From Raja brachyura (taxonomy: Eukaryota), in NCBI GenBank assembly GCA_963514005.1, contig OY740791.1, forward strand, positions 43,028,001 to 43,092,000: a DNA stretch of 64,000 nucleotides. The letters run 5' to 3'. The notes beneath the pieces were generated by a model. It saw only the letters and a list, made by a program, of their open reading frames with translations, had not been told where the DNA came from and ran no database searches. Positions within the stretch are counted from its first letter, which is position 1. Each line of letters opens with the position of its first letter. Shown one piece after another: positions 39,455 to 51,504 of the stretch. The position numbers and the translations under genes are program-made.

Positions 39455-39925
39455 AGAGAAATGTGGACGCAGCCCAGACCATCACCCAAACCAACCTCCC
39501 TTCCATTGACTCCATCTACACTTCACGTTGCCTTGGCAAGACCACCAGCATAATCAAGGACCAGTCTCACCCCGGTCACTCCCTCTTCTCCCCTCAGGCA
39601 AGAGGTACAGAAGTGTGAAAATGCACACCTCCAGATTCAGGGACAGCTTCTTCCCAGCTGTTATCAGGCAAATGAACCATCCCATCACCAACTAGACAGT
39701 GGTCCTGTCCCATCTACCTCTATGGAAACCTTTGAACTATCTTTAACCGGACTTTACTGGACTTCATCTTGCATTAAACATTATTCCCTTTATCTTGTAT
39801 CTTTACACTGTGGACGGCTTGATTGTAATCATGATTAGGCGTTTCGCTGACTGGATAGCACGCAACAAAAGCGCTTTTCACTGCACCTCGGGACACGTGA
39901 CAATAAACTAAACTGAACTGAGCTA
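39455..39925 (+). mobile_element. Rex1/Babar-like LINE 3' end (similar pieces at 3730-3920, 23520-23930, 49855-50185, 60230-60650)
   Basis: IIKDQSHPGHSLFSP...GKRYRSVK.HTSRFRDSFFPAVIR C-terminal motif, then GACAATAAA and a (CTAAA)n tail. Confidence 0.7.
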
Positions 39926-40105
39926 AAGTAAAGTAAAGTAAACCCCTACCTTTAACCTTAGATTTATTCTATCCAATGAATGAACGATAATGGGCTGAAG
40001 CCTGGATGACAGGCCCCTAACACAACAACCCTTCATTTACCCCCAACATCCAGTCCCAATTGTCTCCACAATTCAAAGAGAGAGATTAAATACAGTTCAA
40101 CACCC

Positions 40106-40111
40106 TTTATT
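40106..40111 (-). terminator. Probable CD74 polyadenylation signal (3' UTR ~900 nt)
   Basis: First AATAAA I found on the minus strand after the stop codon. It is followed by T/GT-rich sequence. Confidence 0.5.
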
Positions 40112-40995
40112 GCAACGTAATATTCCCCAGCAATTGTTAGCCATTATCAATGAGCAAATTAACATAATCTAGAAGCAATATTATTCTTCAGCAAATTAAT
40201 TCTTGGCAATTCTTAAAACAAAGTGGTGAATGTTTATATCTTGCATGCAAAGGAGCATTGCTGAGAATCATAAACTGTAGCCCCAACTCTACTGAATCCC
40301 AAAGTAATGGTGGGTGGGGGGGGGGGGGGGGCTTTATATACCCCTGCAATCCTTCAATCTCCGATGGTGGTGTTCCCAGTGGTAGGCAGAGCCGTCTGGA
40401 TTATGGACCAAATACCCAAGTGTTCAGGTGAGAGGATTGATAAAATCATGAGAGGAATAGATGGGGTGAATATACATACTCTAGAACCAGAGGGCACAGC
40501 CTCAGAATAAAAGGACGTAGAAACTTTAGAAAGGAGATGAGGAGGAACTTCTCTAGTTGTGGTGGTGAATCTGTGAAATTCATTGCCTCAGATGGCTGTG
40601 GAGACCAAGTCATTGGGGATTTTTAAGGAGGAGTTTGACAGATTCTTGATTAGTACGGGTGTCAAAGGTTATGGGAATAAGGCAGGAGAATGGGGTTAAA
40701 AGGGAAAGATAGATCAGCCATGATTGAATGGCGGAGTAGCCTTGATGGGCCGAATGGCCTATTTCTGCTCCTACGATTTATGAATTTATGAACTTATGAG
40801 CAATTTGATTGTCTACTTATTAGCTAAATAATCCTCACGGACAAATCATAAGCAGGATAGAAGATACATCTACTGGGTCCAAGTCAACAGCCGAATAATT
40901 ATCAATCAAAGTAAATGTTAATCAATCTTTGCAATTAATGTACGTCTGGGGAGCAAAGCTGGTCTTAAGGATCTGTGTCCATCGACATTTCATCC

Positions 40996-41009
40996 TTAGG
41001 CTTCAAAAG
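40996..41009 (-). CDS. CD74: CD74 terminal coding exon (AFEA-stop)
   Basis: Very strong acceptor (TTTTCTCTTTTCTCTTTTCTTGCAG), phase 1. A few codons then TAA, like the short last coding exon of mammalian CD74. Confidence 0.68.
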
Positions 41010-41874
41010 CTGCAAGAAAAGAGAAAAGAGAAAAACATTGTTAGTTTCGGAGATATCTCACCAAACTTGGTTCAGCAATCCCTTCATCTTTAAATATTGG
41101 GTAGATTCATCAAGCAAGGAGCTGAGAGATTGCAAGACAAGGCAGGGCAAGGGTGTCAGGGGTTATGAGGAGAAGGCAGGAGAATGGGGTTGAGAGGGAA
41201 AGATAGATCAGCCATGACTGAATGGCAGAGTAGACTTGATGGGCCGAATGGCCTAATTCTGCTCCTAGATCTTATGAATTGATGCCTTATGAAGAATGCA
41301 GTGGTTAGATCAGCTGTGTTATGGATGGTTGGAGTGAGGCAAAGGGAGTGAATGGTTATGTTTGCTCCTGTTTTGTGCGCTTGCAGTTCCTTCATTCCAT
41401 GTCCATGGTGAGGCAGGGCCGCGAAGAGGGACCTCTGTCAAGTACAACATCTAGTGCATTAGGTCGGACACATTCAGAGTATCGAATGCAGTGCTACTTG
41501 CCGCCCTCCATTGCGTATGACGGCACTGGGCCTGTACTCGCTGGAGTTTAGAACGATGAGGAGGGACCCTCATTGAAACTTACCGAATAATGAAAGGCCC
41601 GGATAGAGTGGATGTGGAGAGGATGGTTGCACGAGTGGGAGAGTCTAGGACCATGAACCATAACCTCAGAATAAAAGAACGTACGGTTGGAAAGGAGATG
41701 AGGAGGAATTTATTTCATCAGAAGGTGGTGAATCTGTGGAATTCATTGCCACAGATGGCGGTGGAGGCCTTCAATGGGTATTCTCAAGGTGAAGATTGAC
41801 AGATTCTTGATTAGTGTGGGTGTTAAAGGTTATGGGGAGAAGGCAGGAGAATGGGGTTGAGAGGGAAAGGTAGT

Positions 41875-42200
41875 TTTAGTTTAGTTTAGTTTAGCGATAC
41901 AGAGCGGAAACAGGCCCTTCGGCCCACCGGGTCCGTGCTGACCTGCGGTCCCTGCACATTAACACTATCGTACACCTACAAGGGACATTTTTTTACATTT
42001 ACCAAGCCAATTAACCTACAAACCTGTACGTCTTTGGAGTGTGGGAGGAAACCAAAGATCTCAGAGAAAACCCACGCAGATCACAGGGAGAACGTACAAA
42101 CTCCGTACAGACAGCACCCGTAGTCAGAATCGAACCTGGGTCTCCGGCGCTGCTTTCGCTGTAAGACAGCAACTCTACCGCTGCACCACCGTGACCGCCA
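41875..42200 (-). mobile_element. V-SINE (HE1-like), young full-length copy in last CD74 intron
   Basis: Complete A/B boxes, V domain and (CTAAA)n tail. It interrupts a CR1 3' UTR. Confidence 0.8.
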
Positions 42201-43808
42201 AGATTGGATGGCGGAGTAGCCTTGATGGGCCAAATGGCCTAATTCTGCTGCTATGACTTATGAACTTATGACCTTATTACATGAAGGATGTGGAGGCTAT
42301 TGAGAAGGTGCAGAGGAGGTTTATCAGAATGATGTCCCGATTATAAGGAGAACTTGAACACGCTTGGCTTGTTTTCCCTACAGCGTCGGAGATTCGCAGG
42401 AAGATCAGATAGAATGTTTATACACTCATGAGAGGCATAGATAGGGTACAAAGTCAGAACCTTCCCCCACAGTGGAAATAGCAAGGACTACAGGGCACTG
42501 TTTAGTTTAGTGTTAGAGAAACTGTGTGGAAACAGGCCCTTCCGCCCACCAAGTCCGTGCCGACCAGCGATCACCTTATACACTATCCTATACACTAGGG
42601 ACAATTTACGATTTTTACCAAAGCTAATTAACCTACAAACCTGTATGTCTTTGGAGTGTGGGAGGAAACCTGAGCACCTGGAGAAAATTCACACGGTCAC
42701 TGGGAGAATGTACAAACTCCGTACAGACAGCACCTGTAGTCAGGATTGAACCCGGGTCTCTGGCACTGTAAGGCATCAACTCTACCGCTGGGCCACCGTG
42801 CCGCCCCATTTACAGGAAGGATGTGGAGGCTTTAGGGATGGTGCGGAAGCAGTTCACAAGAATGATGCTCGGATCATAAGGGGAGGTTGGACAAACTTGG
42901 ATTGTTTTCTCTACAGCATCAGAGGCTGAGGGGAGACCTGATAGACGTTTATAATATCATGAGAAGCATAGATAGGGTAGACAATCAGAACCTTTTCCCC
43001 AGGCTGGAAATGTCCAAGACTAGAGGGCATTGCTTTAAGACGAGAAGGGTAAAGATCAAAGAAGATGCATGGGACAATTTTTGTTTTTGCACAGAGGGTG
43101 GTGAGTGCCTGGAACGCGCTGCCAGAGGTGGTGGTGGAGGCAGATACGTTGTGGCGTTTAAGAGGCTTTTTAAAGACAGGCACATGGGTATGCAGGGAAT
43201 GTAGGGATGTGCATCACATGCAGGCAGAGGAGATTCATTTATCTTGGCATCATGTTTGGCACAGACATTGTGGGCTGAAGGGCCCGTTCTTGTGCTGTAC
43301 TGTTTTATGTTCTATGTTCTATGTTTCATGGTCCTTGAATTTAATTCTCTATATTTGAACTAATCTCTAGAATCCTGGAACATAGAACATCAGAGAACAA
43401 TATTAAAGCTACTCTTCACCATTTAGTTTAGTGTAATTTAGTTTAGGGATACAGTATGGAAACAGGCCCTTCGGCCCACCGAGTCCAAGCCAAAACATCG
43501 ATCACCCCGTTCACACTAGTTCTATGTTATTCCACTTTCTCATCCACTCCCTGCACACTAGGGCCAATTTACACAGGGCCAATTAACCTGCAAACCTGCA
43601 CCTATTTGGAATGTGGGAGGAAACTGGAGCACCCGGAGGAAACCCACACGGTCACAGGGAGAACGTGCAAACTCTACACAGACAGACAGACACATGGAGA
43701 TCAGGATTGGACCCGGGTCTCTGGTGCCGTGAGGAAGTGTCTCTACACGCTGTGCCATTTGTGTTGTTTTCTATCTTCAGTTTTGCTTAGAATATCTGCC
43801 ATTTATAA

Positions 43809-44329
43809 AGGGCCTGTCCCACCAGACCAAACGTGGTCGCTTGAGGCGTACGGCCTCGCGGGGCCGGTCCCACTTCGATCGGCGGAGGCGTATGGAGTTG
43901 TGCAGGGCTGGTCGCGACATCGCGCGGGGCTCCAAAAGTCTTACACTGTCCGAAAATGCCGTGCGCCAACGGCCTGTCGGCCCGCAGGCGCATTGAGGGC
44001 GTACGCAGCGTCTCGACATTGTATGCAGCGTCTCGACATCGTACGCAGCGTCTTGACGGCGTACACCTGCGCGAGGCGTTGCACGATGATGTCACCGCCC
44101 GGCGTACCGTTGCATGATGACGTCACCGCCCGATGCCGTGCGGCGTCCAAATTCAGTCAGCCCGCCTCATGCCCAGCTGATTGGTCAGTATGAGGTTGGG
44201 ACCAGCCCCGCACAACTAAATACGCCTCTGCGGAACGAAGTGGAACCGGCCCCGCGAGGCCGTACGCCTCAAGCGACCACGTTTGGTCGCGTTAGACGCA
44301 TGCAATCGCATGCTGGTGGGACAGGCCCT
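43809..44329. mobile_element. PIF/Harbinger-type MITE with long inverted arms in CD74 last intron
   Basis: Same TIR, TAA/TTA flanks, ~100-bp subterminal inverted arms. Confidence 0.8.
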
Positions 44330-45224
44330 TTACTTGTCTCAGAATTTTACTCTTCCCAAATTTTAGATGCACTGTTTTGAGACATTAGTGCAAAGGTTAA
44401 TGATCAAAGCGATGCGACCGCTATTGAATTGTGGAATTCATTGCCACAGACGGCTGTGGGGGCCAAGACATTGGGTATTTATAAAGCAGAGATTGATAGG
44501 TTTTGACAAGGCGTTAAAGGCTCGACCATTACACCACTGTGTCGCCATTTCTTTAACCTGACATCATGTCCAGCACGGTCAAAGGTGCTACACTAGTCTA
44601 TGTTCTATGTTTTCTACTAGTCTATGTTTTGTCACAGCGGAGATTGTCAGGTTCTTGATCAGTAAGGGTGTCAAAGGGCTACGGGGAGGAGGCAGGAGAA
44701 TGGGACTGAGTGCGAACGTTAGATCGGCCAAGATTCAATGGGCCAAATGGGACAAAGAACTCGCTATAAAGTTAGGTTCAATTGGCCTCACTAGGGGCGG
44801 CACAGTGTCGCTGCGGTCGTGTTGTCACCTCACACCACCAGAGACTCGGGTTCGAACCTGACTACAGGTGCTGTCTGTACGGAGCTTGTACGTTCTCCCT
44901 GTAATCGCCTGGGTTTTCTCTGGGTGCCCCGGTTTCCTCCCACGCTCCAAAAACGTGCCGGTTAGTAGGTTAGTTAATTGGCTTCTGTAAATTGTCCCTC
45001 GTGTGTAGGATAGTGCTAGTGTACGGGGTGATCGCTGGTTGTCGCAGGCTCATTGGGTGAAGGGAATGCTTCCATGCTGTATCTCCAAAGCCTAAAGGAA
45101 TGGTCAAGGAAGGATAGACAAGCGTGGTTAGTGGATTAGGGAAGCTAGAGGCAACAAAGGGGCTGTCGCTCCCTTTGGCCAAGTGGACATCTTGGCTTAA
45201 CCATGGCCGATCCCTGCTACTCAC

Positions 45225-45266
45225 CACCAAAGCCGGAAAAGGTTTGGTCATCTGGCTTTTGGTAGC
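45225..45266 (-). CDS. CD74: CD74 penultimate exon (SYQKPDDQTFSGFG)
   Basis: TTTCCATCTTCAG acceptor, G|GTGAGT donor, 42 nt, phase 1-1. The acidic-SG motif resembles human EDPSSGLG, the chondroitin sulfate site. Confidence 0.85.
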
Positions 45267-45769
45267 CTGAAGATGGAAAGAAAGCCGTATTTAAGCCGCA
45301 AGTGAGGCTAACATTTCACCTGTCAATATGTTAGAACCTCAGTCAAAACTAGTCCACAATAGGAACCATTCAAGTTCATGAACAGTTTCATGGAGTATTC
45401 CCTAAGAACTAGGGCGGGTACAGTGGCGCAGCAGTAGAGTTGCTGCCTTAGGTCCTGGGTTCGATCCTGACCACAACTGCTGTCTGTACTGAGTTTGCAC
45501 GTTTGACTGTGTGGGTTTTCTCCGGTTGCGCCAGTTTCCTCCCACGGTCCTAAGATGTACAGGTTTGTACGTTAATTGGCTTTTTGTAAATTGTCCCTGG
45601 TGTGTAGAATGGAACTAGTGTATGGGTCAGTGTCGACTCAGGGGGCCAAAGGTGCCTTTTCCACGCTGTATCTGTAAATTGATGGTCAACGTTGGTGATG
45701 GGGAGAGTGTTTCTGGAAGGGGATTCAGTGGGTGGTCAGCATGGACAAGTTGGGCCGAAGGGCCTGCTT

Positions 45770-46035
45770 TCATGCTGTATGACTATGATTGATCCTATAG
45801 CTCTATGGGACAATGACTATGGTTCTATGACTGGCTCAGACTCTATGACGTTACATGACCATGATTCTAGCTCTATAACTATGGCTATGACTATGACTCG
45901 ATGGGTCTATATGGGTCTATGACACTATGATTATGACATTATGGCACTATGACTATCACTATAGCTTTGACACTATGGCTGACTATATGGGTCTATGACT
46001 CTATGCCTATGGTCCTATAACTGTTACTATGGCTC
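45770..46035. repeat. Degenerate (CTATGA/CTATGG)n tandem repeat next to the thyroglobulin exon donor
   Basis: About 25 imperfect CTATG units extending from a CR1-type tail. Confidence 0.8.
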
Positions 46036-46069
46036 AATACAACAGGTAGCTGAAGAAACTCAAGCCTAC

Positions 46070-46270
46070 TTTGACAATTATCCAGTTCCTTCCTGGTTGC
46101 GGTCTCTTCAATCTTGGTCCCATTGGGATAGGAACACCAGCAGTAGCCAGTGCTTGGCCAGCATTGCTTTGGCTCAAAGTTCCCATCCTTGTCACAGCTT
46201 GGCTGGAATGCTCCGGGCTTAATGTCCGCCTCCCTTTTCAGTTGCTCACACTTAGTCTCCGCATTGAAAA
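46070..46270 (-). CDS. CD74: CD74 thyroglobulin type-1 domain exon (p41-type exon 6b)
   Basis: Encodes TKC...FQPSCDKDGNFEPKQCWPSTGYCWCSYPNGTKIEET...C with six cysteines plus QC and CWC motifs. 201 nt, phase 1-1. Confidence 0.97.
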
Positions 46271-47100
46271 CTGCGTGAGGGAAAATAACAGCGGTCACAA
46301 CAGTGTCCTGCAGAGCCTGAGACTGCCCAGGGCATCCAAGACCGCAAGAAATTGCAGAGAGTCGTGGACATAGCTTTGAGAGGTATAGAAGGTGTACAGT
46401 AATCTTGCCTTCATCAGTCGGGGCTTTGAGTATGAGAGTCAGGAAGTCATAATGCAGCTCTGTAGGTCTGCAGCTTTGGTCAGACTGCATTTGGAGTGTT
46501 GTGTGCAGTTCTGGTCGCCCCATTACAGGAAGGATGTGGAGGCTTTGGAGAGGGTGCAGAGAAGGTTTACCAGAATGCTGCCTGGATTAGTTACAGGGAG
46601 AGGTTGGACAGACTTGCATTGTTTTCTCGGGAGCGTTGGAGGTTAAGGGATTTTACCAGGGTGAAAATGGAAAAGAAAAGTTTAAAAGGATATGAGCCAA
46701 ACGAAGGCAAATGGAACTAGCTTCTTGGTGAGCTAGCTTGGTGGGGCATCTTGGTGGGCTTTGACGAGTTGGGCCAAAGGGCTTATTTCCGTACTGTATG
46801 ACTCCAGAGCACAGGTGAGCGGTGAGCGGGACAAATTATAAAGGAGATGTGCAGACCAGGTATGTTACACAGATGGTGGTGGATGCATGGAACTTGCTGC
46901 CCGGGGTGGTGGGCAGTTTGCGTTTGTGAGGCTTTTGCATGGGTGCATGGATGGACATGTCGGGAATGGAGGGCTATGAATTACATGCAGGTACGTAAGA
47001 GTTGGTCTTGGCATCATGTTCAGCACAGACACTGTGGGCCGAAGGGCCTGTTCCTCTGCTGTACTGTTCTATGTTCTGAAATACTCGTCGGCATAGTTAC

Positions 47101-47208
47101 CCCTTTTTCTAGGAATGACTGCAGCATTAACGGATTGCTTGGAGTCTTCCGCTGAGCTATGGAGGTTGATCAGTGGGCTCATGACCAAGCTGGAGAAGGC
47201 CTTCCTCC
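47101..47208 (-). CDS. CD74: CD74 extra linker exon (RKAFSSLVMSPLINLHSSAEDSKQSVNAAVIPRKR)
   Basis: Non-repeat island with TTGTTTCCACAG acceptor and G|GTAAC donor. 108 nt, symmetric phase 1-1, open in the frame set by exon 6. Confidence 0.72.
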
Positions 47209-47417
47209 CTGTGGAAACAAGAATCATTTGGTCACTTCAAGGCAACTAACAAAACATGATTATGACACAATAACATCCAAAGATACATGCTGCGATTTGC
47301 AGGCTTGCTCTGCTCGACACTGCCTCCCAGTCCAACAATGATGTGACTTTAGTTTAGTTTCGTTTAGGTACAGTGAAAAGCTTTTTGTTGCGTGCCATCC
47401 TGCCAGCGGAAAGACTA

Positions 47418-47612
47418 NNNNNNNNNNNNNNNNNNNNNNNNNNNNNNNNNNNNNNNNNNNNNNNNNNNNNNNNNNNNNNNNNNNNNNNNNNNNNNNNNNN
47501 NNNNNNNNNNNNNNNNNNNNNNNNNNNNNNNNNNNNNNNNNNNNNNNNNNNNNNNNNNNNNNNNNNNNNNNNNNNNNNNNNNNNNNNNNNNNNNNNNNNN
47601 NNNNNNNNNNNN
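47418..47612. other. Assembly gap inside CD74 intron 6
   Basis: Run of N. Confidence 0.99.
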
Positions 47613-48659
47613 TGCGCGCGTGCGCCTCAGTGTTTGTACTTTGTATGTTCTCCCTGTGACCACATGATTTTCCTTCGGGTGCTTCGGTTTCCTTCCACAT
47701 CCCAAAGACATGCCCATGCAGGTTTGTAGGTTAATTGATTCATTGGCCCTCTGTGAATCCCCCCTGGTGTGGGAGTGGATGAATAGATGAAAAGTGGATG
47801 AATAGATGGAAAGTGGGAAAACATAATAGAACATTGACCGGCACAGCACAGGAGGACACAAATTGCTGGAGTAACTCAACAGGTCAGTAAACCACTGGAG
47901 AACATGGATTGGTAACGTTTCAGGTTGAGACCCTTCTTCAGTACAGCACAGGGACAGGCCCTTCGGCCCACAATGCCTGTGCCAAATATGAAGCCAAGTT
48001 AAACTAATCTCCCCCTCCCTGCACGTGATCCATATCCCTCCATTCCCTGAATCTATAGCTTCCTCTGGCAGCTCCTTCCAGATACGGACTATCCTTTGAG
48101 TGAAAATTTGCCCCTGAGGTTCCTCTTAAATGTCTCTCACCTTAAGCCTGTGCCCTCTGGCTTTAAGATCCTCTAAAGAAATGTCCCGACACAAGACATC
48201 ACCAATCCGTTCTCCAGAGATGCTGCCTGACCCGTTGAGTTATTCCAGCACTTTGTGTCTATCTTTAAAATCCTATTCCCTTGGGAAAAAGACGGTGACG
48301 TTAACTTTAAACATGCCCCTCATGATCTTGCACACCTCAATAAGACCACCCTTTGGACTTTAGGATACAGCGCGGAAACTGGCCCTTCGACCCAATGAGT
48401 CAGCGACAAACAACGATCTCTCCGTAGACTAGCACTAACCCTACACACTAGGGACAATTCACAATTTTTACCGAAGCCAATTAACCTACAAACCCGCACG
48501 TCCTAAAGCACAAAGTCTAAATAAGGTCATCCCTCGCCCTCCTAGGCTCCACACAAAAAATGTCAAGGCTGTCCAACCTCTCCTTGTAACTCAAGCCGGC
48601 AAGCCAAGGATCTTGGAGCAAGGTCTCATTGGGGTGGAGAGAAGAAGGTTGTCACGTAC

Positions 48660-48783
48660 CTCTGGCTGGCATCTCATGGCGGGGCAGTACTCGGGGTACC
48701 TGGGGTGCCTGGGTTGGTGCAGTCTTCTTCTCAGGCTGAACAAGTTGGAAGAGGAACCAATTCTGAAGCCAAGATTCAAAATC
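48660..48783 (-). CDS. CD74: CD74 exon 6 (trimerisation domain, DFESWLQNWFLFQLVQ plus Pro-rich linker)
   Basis: TTTTTAG acceptor, G|GTACG donor, 124 nt, phase 0-1. FESWxxxWxLF matches human VFESWMHHWLLF. Confidence 0.96.
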
Positions 48784-49174
48784 CTAAAAATAACACAAAA
48801 AAAGCACACGCCACCAGGTTATTTCAGGGGTTGGCAATGGAGTGTTCATGTACATAAGGCATAGAAGCACATTTAGGCCATTCGGCCTATCGAGTCTACC
48901 CCACCATTCAATCGTGGCTCATCTATCTTTCCCTTTCACCCTCATTCTTTAGCCTTCTCCAAGTAACCTTTGACACCCTCACTAATCAAGAACCTCTGCT
49001 TTAAAAATACCCAATGTCTTGGCCTCCACTCCCATCTATGGCAATAAATTCCACAGATTCACCACCCTCTGGCGAAAGAAATTCCTCCTCGTCGCAAGGA
49101 TCTGGAGATGGTGGAGTCTTGCGGCAAACGCAAAGTGCTGGGGGAATTCTCACATTGGACAATTGAACACCAAC

Positions 49175-49270
49175 CTCCCAGTCGGATTCGTTCAGATTCT
49201 CTTTCAGCAGCTTGAGGTTGTCGGAGAAGCTTCCAATCATTTCCGGAATCCCCTGTGTTCGGTTTCCATC
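49175..49270 (-). CDS. CD74: CD74 exon 5 (trimerisation domain, DGNRTQGIPEMIGSFSDNLKLLKENLNESDWE)
   Basis: 96 nt, phase 0-0. GSFxxNLxxLK...DW matches human GSFPENLRHLKNTMETIDW. Confidence 0.96.
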
Positions 49271-49676
49271 CTGAGAGGGGAAAAGAGTAGTAACGATCAG
49301 CCTAACGATCGGGCAAAAGGTCCCGTCAACGTGGGGGCAACACGGGGACGCAGCGGGTAGTGCCGCTGCCCCACGAGTGCTCCAGTTTCCTCACACATCC
49401 CAAAGGCGTGTCAGTTTGGCTTCTGTAAATTGTCCCTGGAGTGTAGGGACAATTTACAGAAGCCAATTATCCCACAAACCCGCATGTCTTTGCAATGTGG
49501 GAGGAAACCAGAGCACCCAGAGGAAACCACGCAGTCCCAGGAAGAAAGTGCACACCCCACACATTCACACGCAGCACCCGTAGTCAGGATCGGACCCAGG
49601 TTGTGGCGTTGTGAGGCAGCAACTCTACCGCTGCACCACCGTGCCACCTGTTCTGTAATAGGTTGGAGATACGTAC

Positions 49677-49742
49677 CTTCAGCAGCTGATGAACCTCTTC
49701 CATCAGGGTCATTGGTCGAGTTGTAGATTGAGGTGTGGGAAG
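49677..49742 (-). CDS. CD74: CD74 exon 4 (LPTPQSTTRPMTLMEEVHQLLK)
   Basis: CTTTCCTCAG acceptor, AAG|GTACG donor, 66 nt, phase 0-0. EEVHQLL corresponds to human EDHVMHLL. Confidence 0.92.
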
Positions 49743-51504
49743 CTGAGGAAAGACAAGGACAAAGAAGGTGACATTTCCGTCATCGCCCAACCAACACACA
49801 CCGCTCCAGTTAAGACTGGCAACATAAGGAACCTGCAGTTCCTGCAGTGCTGACATCAGGCAAGTGGTACAGAAGTGTGAAAACACACACCTCCAGTTTC
49901 AGGGACAGTTTCTTCCCAGCTGTTGACAGGGAACTGAACCATCCTATCATCAACTAAAGAGCGGTCCTGAGCTACCATCTACCTCATTCGAGAGCCTCGG
50001 ACTATCTTTAATCAGACTGGACTGGACTTTATCTCGCACTAAACATTATTCCCTTTATCCTGCGTCTGTACACTGTGGACGGCTCGATTGTGATCATGTA
50101 TAGTCTTTCTGCCGATTGGTTAACATGCAAGAAAACTTTTGTCACTGCACCTCGGTACACGTGACATTAAACTAAACTAAACTTAACTAAACCAAAACCA
50201 CAAAGTGCTAAAGGAATTCAGTGGGTCAGGCAGCTTTGTGGAGGGTGGGGTCGGGACCCTTCTTCAGACCGACGGAGGGGGAGGGGGGAAGCTGGAAGAG
50301 AGAGGTGGGGGTGGGACAAAGCCTGGCGAGTGAGAGGTGGATACAGATTGGGGGGGGGGGGGGGGGGGGGGAGTGATGGCCAGATGGGTGGAGTAAGTGA
50401 TAAAAGCTGGAGGTGAAAAGGAGGCAAAGGGGTGTCAGAGAAGGGGAGAAAAGGAGGAGTGAAGTATAAAGTCGGAGGGAGGGATGTGGGTGGAAGGGAA
50501 CCGGGGGGGGGGAGTGGGTGGGATAAAAGTGAAATTGGAACTCATGGATGGGATATGAACGTACGGAGTTAGGGGAAGGGGTGACTGAGGGGGTGGTTAG
50601 GAGATGGTGGTAGGAATGACTGGGGATAGGGGGTGGAACAGTCACAAGAGAGAGGGGGGTATGATTTAAAATTGGAGGATTCAACGTTCATACTGCTGGG
50701 TTGTACCCTACCCATGCTGTTCCTCCAGTTAGCGTGTGGCCTCACTCGGGCAATGATGGAGGCCCAGGAATGAGTGTGGGAACGGGGATGGGAGTTAAAA
50801 TGTTTAGCTCCAGCAGGCCTTGGCGGGCCAAGCGCAAGTGTTCGGATGTCGGTATGTGGCACCAAAGGCCAGCATTTGTTGCGCATCTCTAATTGCCCTT
50901 GTATATTGTGTACCTAGTGGGAGGTGCCATGGCCACAGTGCCGGCTGAAGGCTTGTCGATCGGTGGGACCGGGAAGGAGGCGCTGGAGACGTCGGCTGGA
51001 CGTGAGGAGCGAGGGGCGGTGGGTGGGTGGGTGAACCGGGGGAATGCCTCCAGCCCCTTCAAGGTGGGCTGCAGGAGGTGCCCCCGGGTCACAAAGGTGG
51101 CCGGGTGAGGAGAGGGATACAGGTTAACCGCGTTGGTGGGGTATGTAAGGCAGATTTCCTCCTCTGAGGAATGTCAGTGGACCAGAATGTCACATCCATG
51201 GTACCCATCCCATCCATGGACACCAGATGAGTGGACCATGGTACCTATCTCAACACCAAGACCAACTGCTCCCATCTCTGTTATTGTGAGTAGTTTTGGG
51301 CGCCAGATCTGAGGAAGGAAATGCTGGCGTTGGAGAGGGTCCAGAGGAGGTTTACAACAATGATCCCGGGGATAATTGGGTTAACGTATGATAAGCATTT
51401 GATGGCACTGGGCCTGTACTCGCTGGAGTTTAGGAGGATGAGGGGACACCTCGTTGAACTCACCGAATAGTGAAAGGCCTGGATAGAGTGGATGTGGAGA
51501 GTGT

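Noticed and set aside
45993-46523. 176-aa ORF as a stand-alone thyroglobulin-domain gene
   Set aside because: The N-terminal part is antisense CR1. Only 46070-46270 is a spliced CD74 exon.
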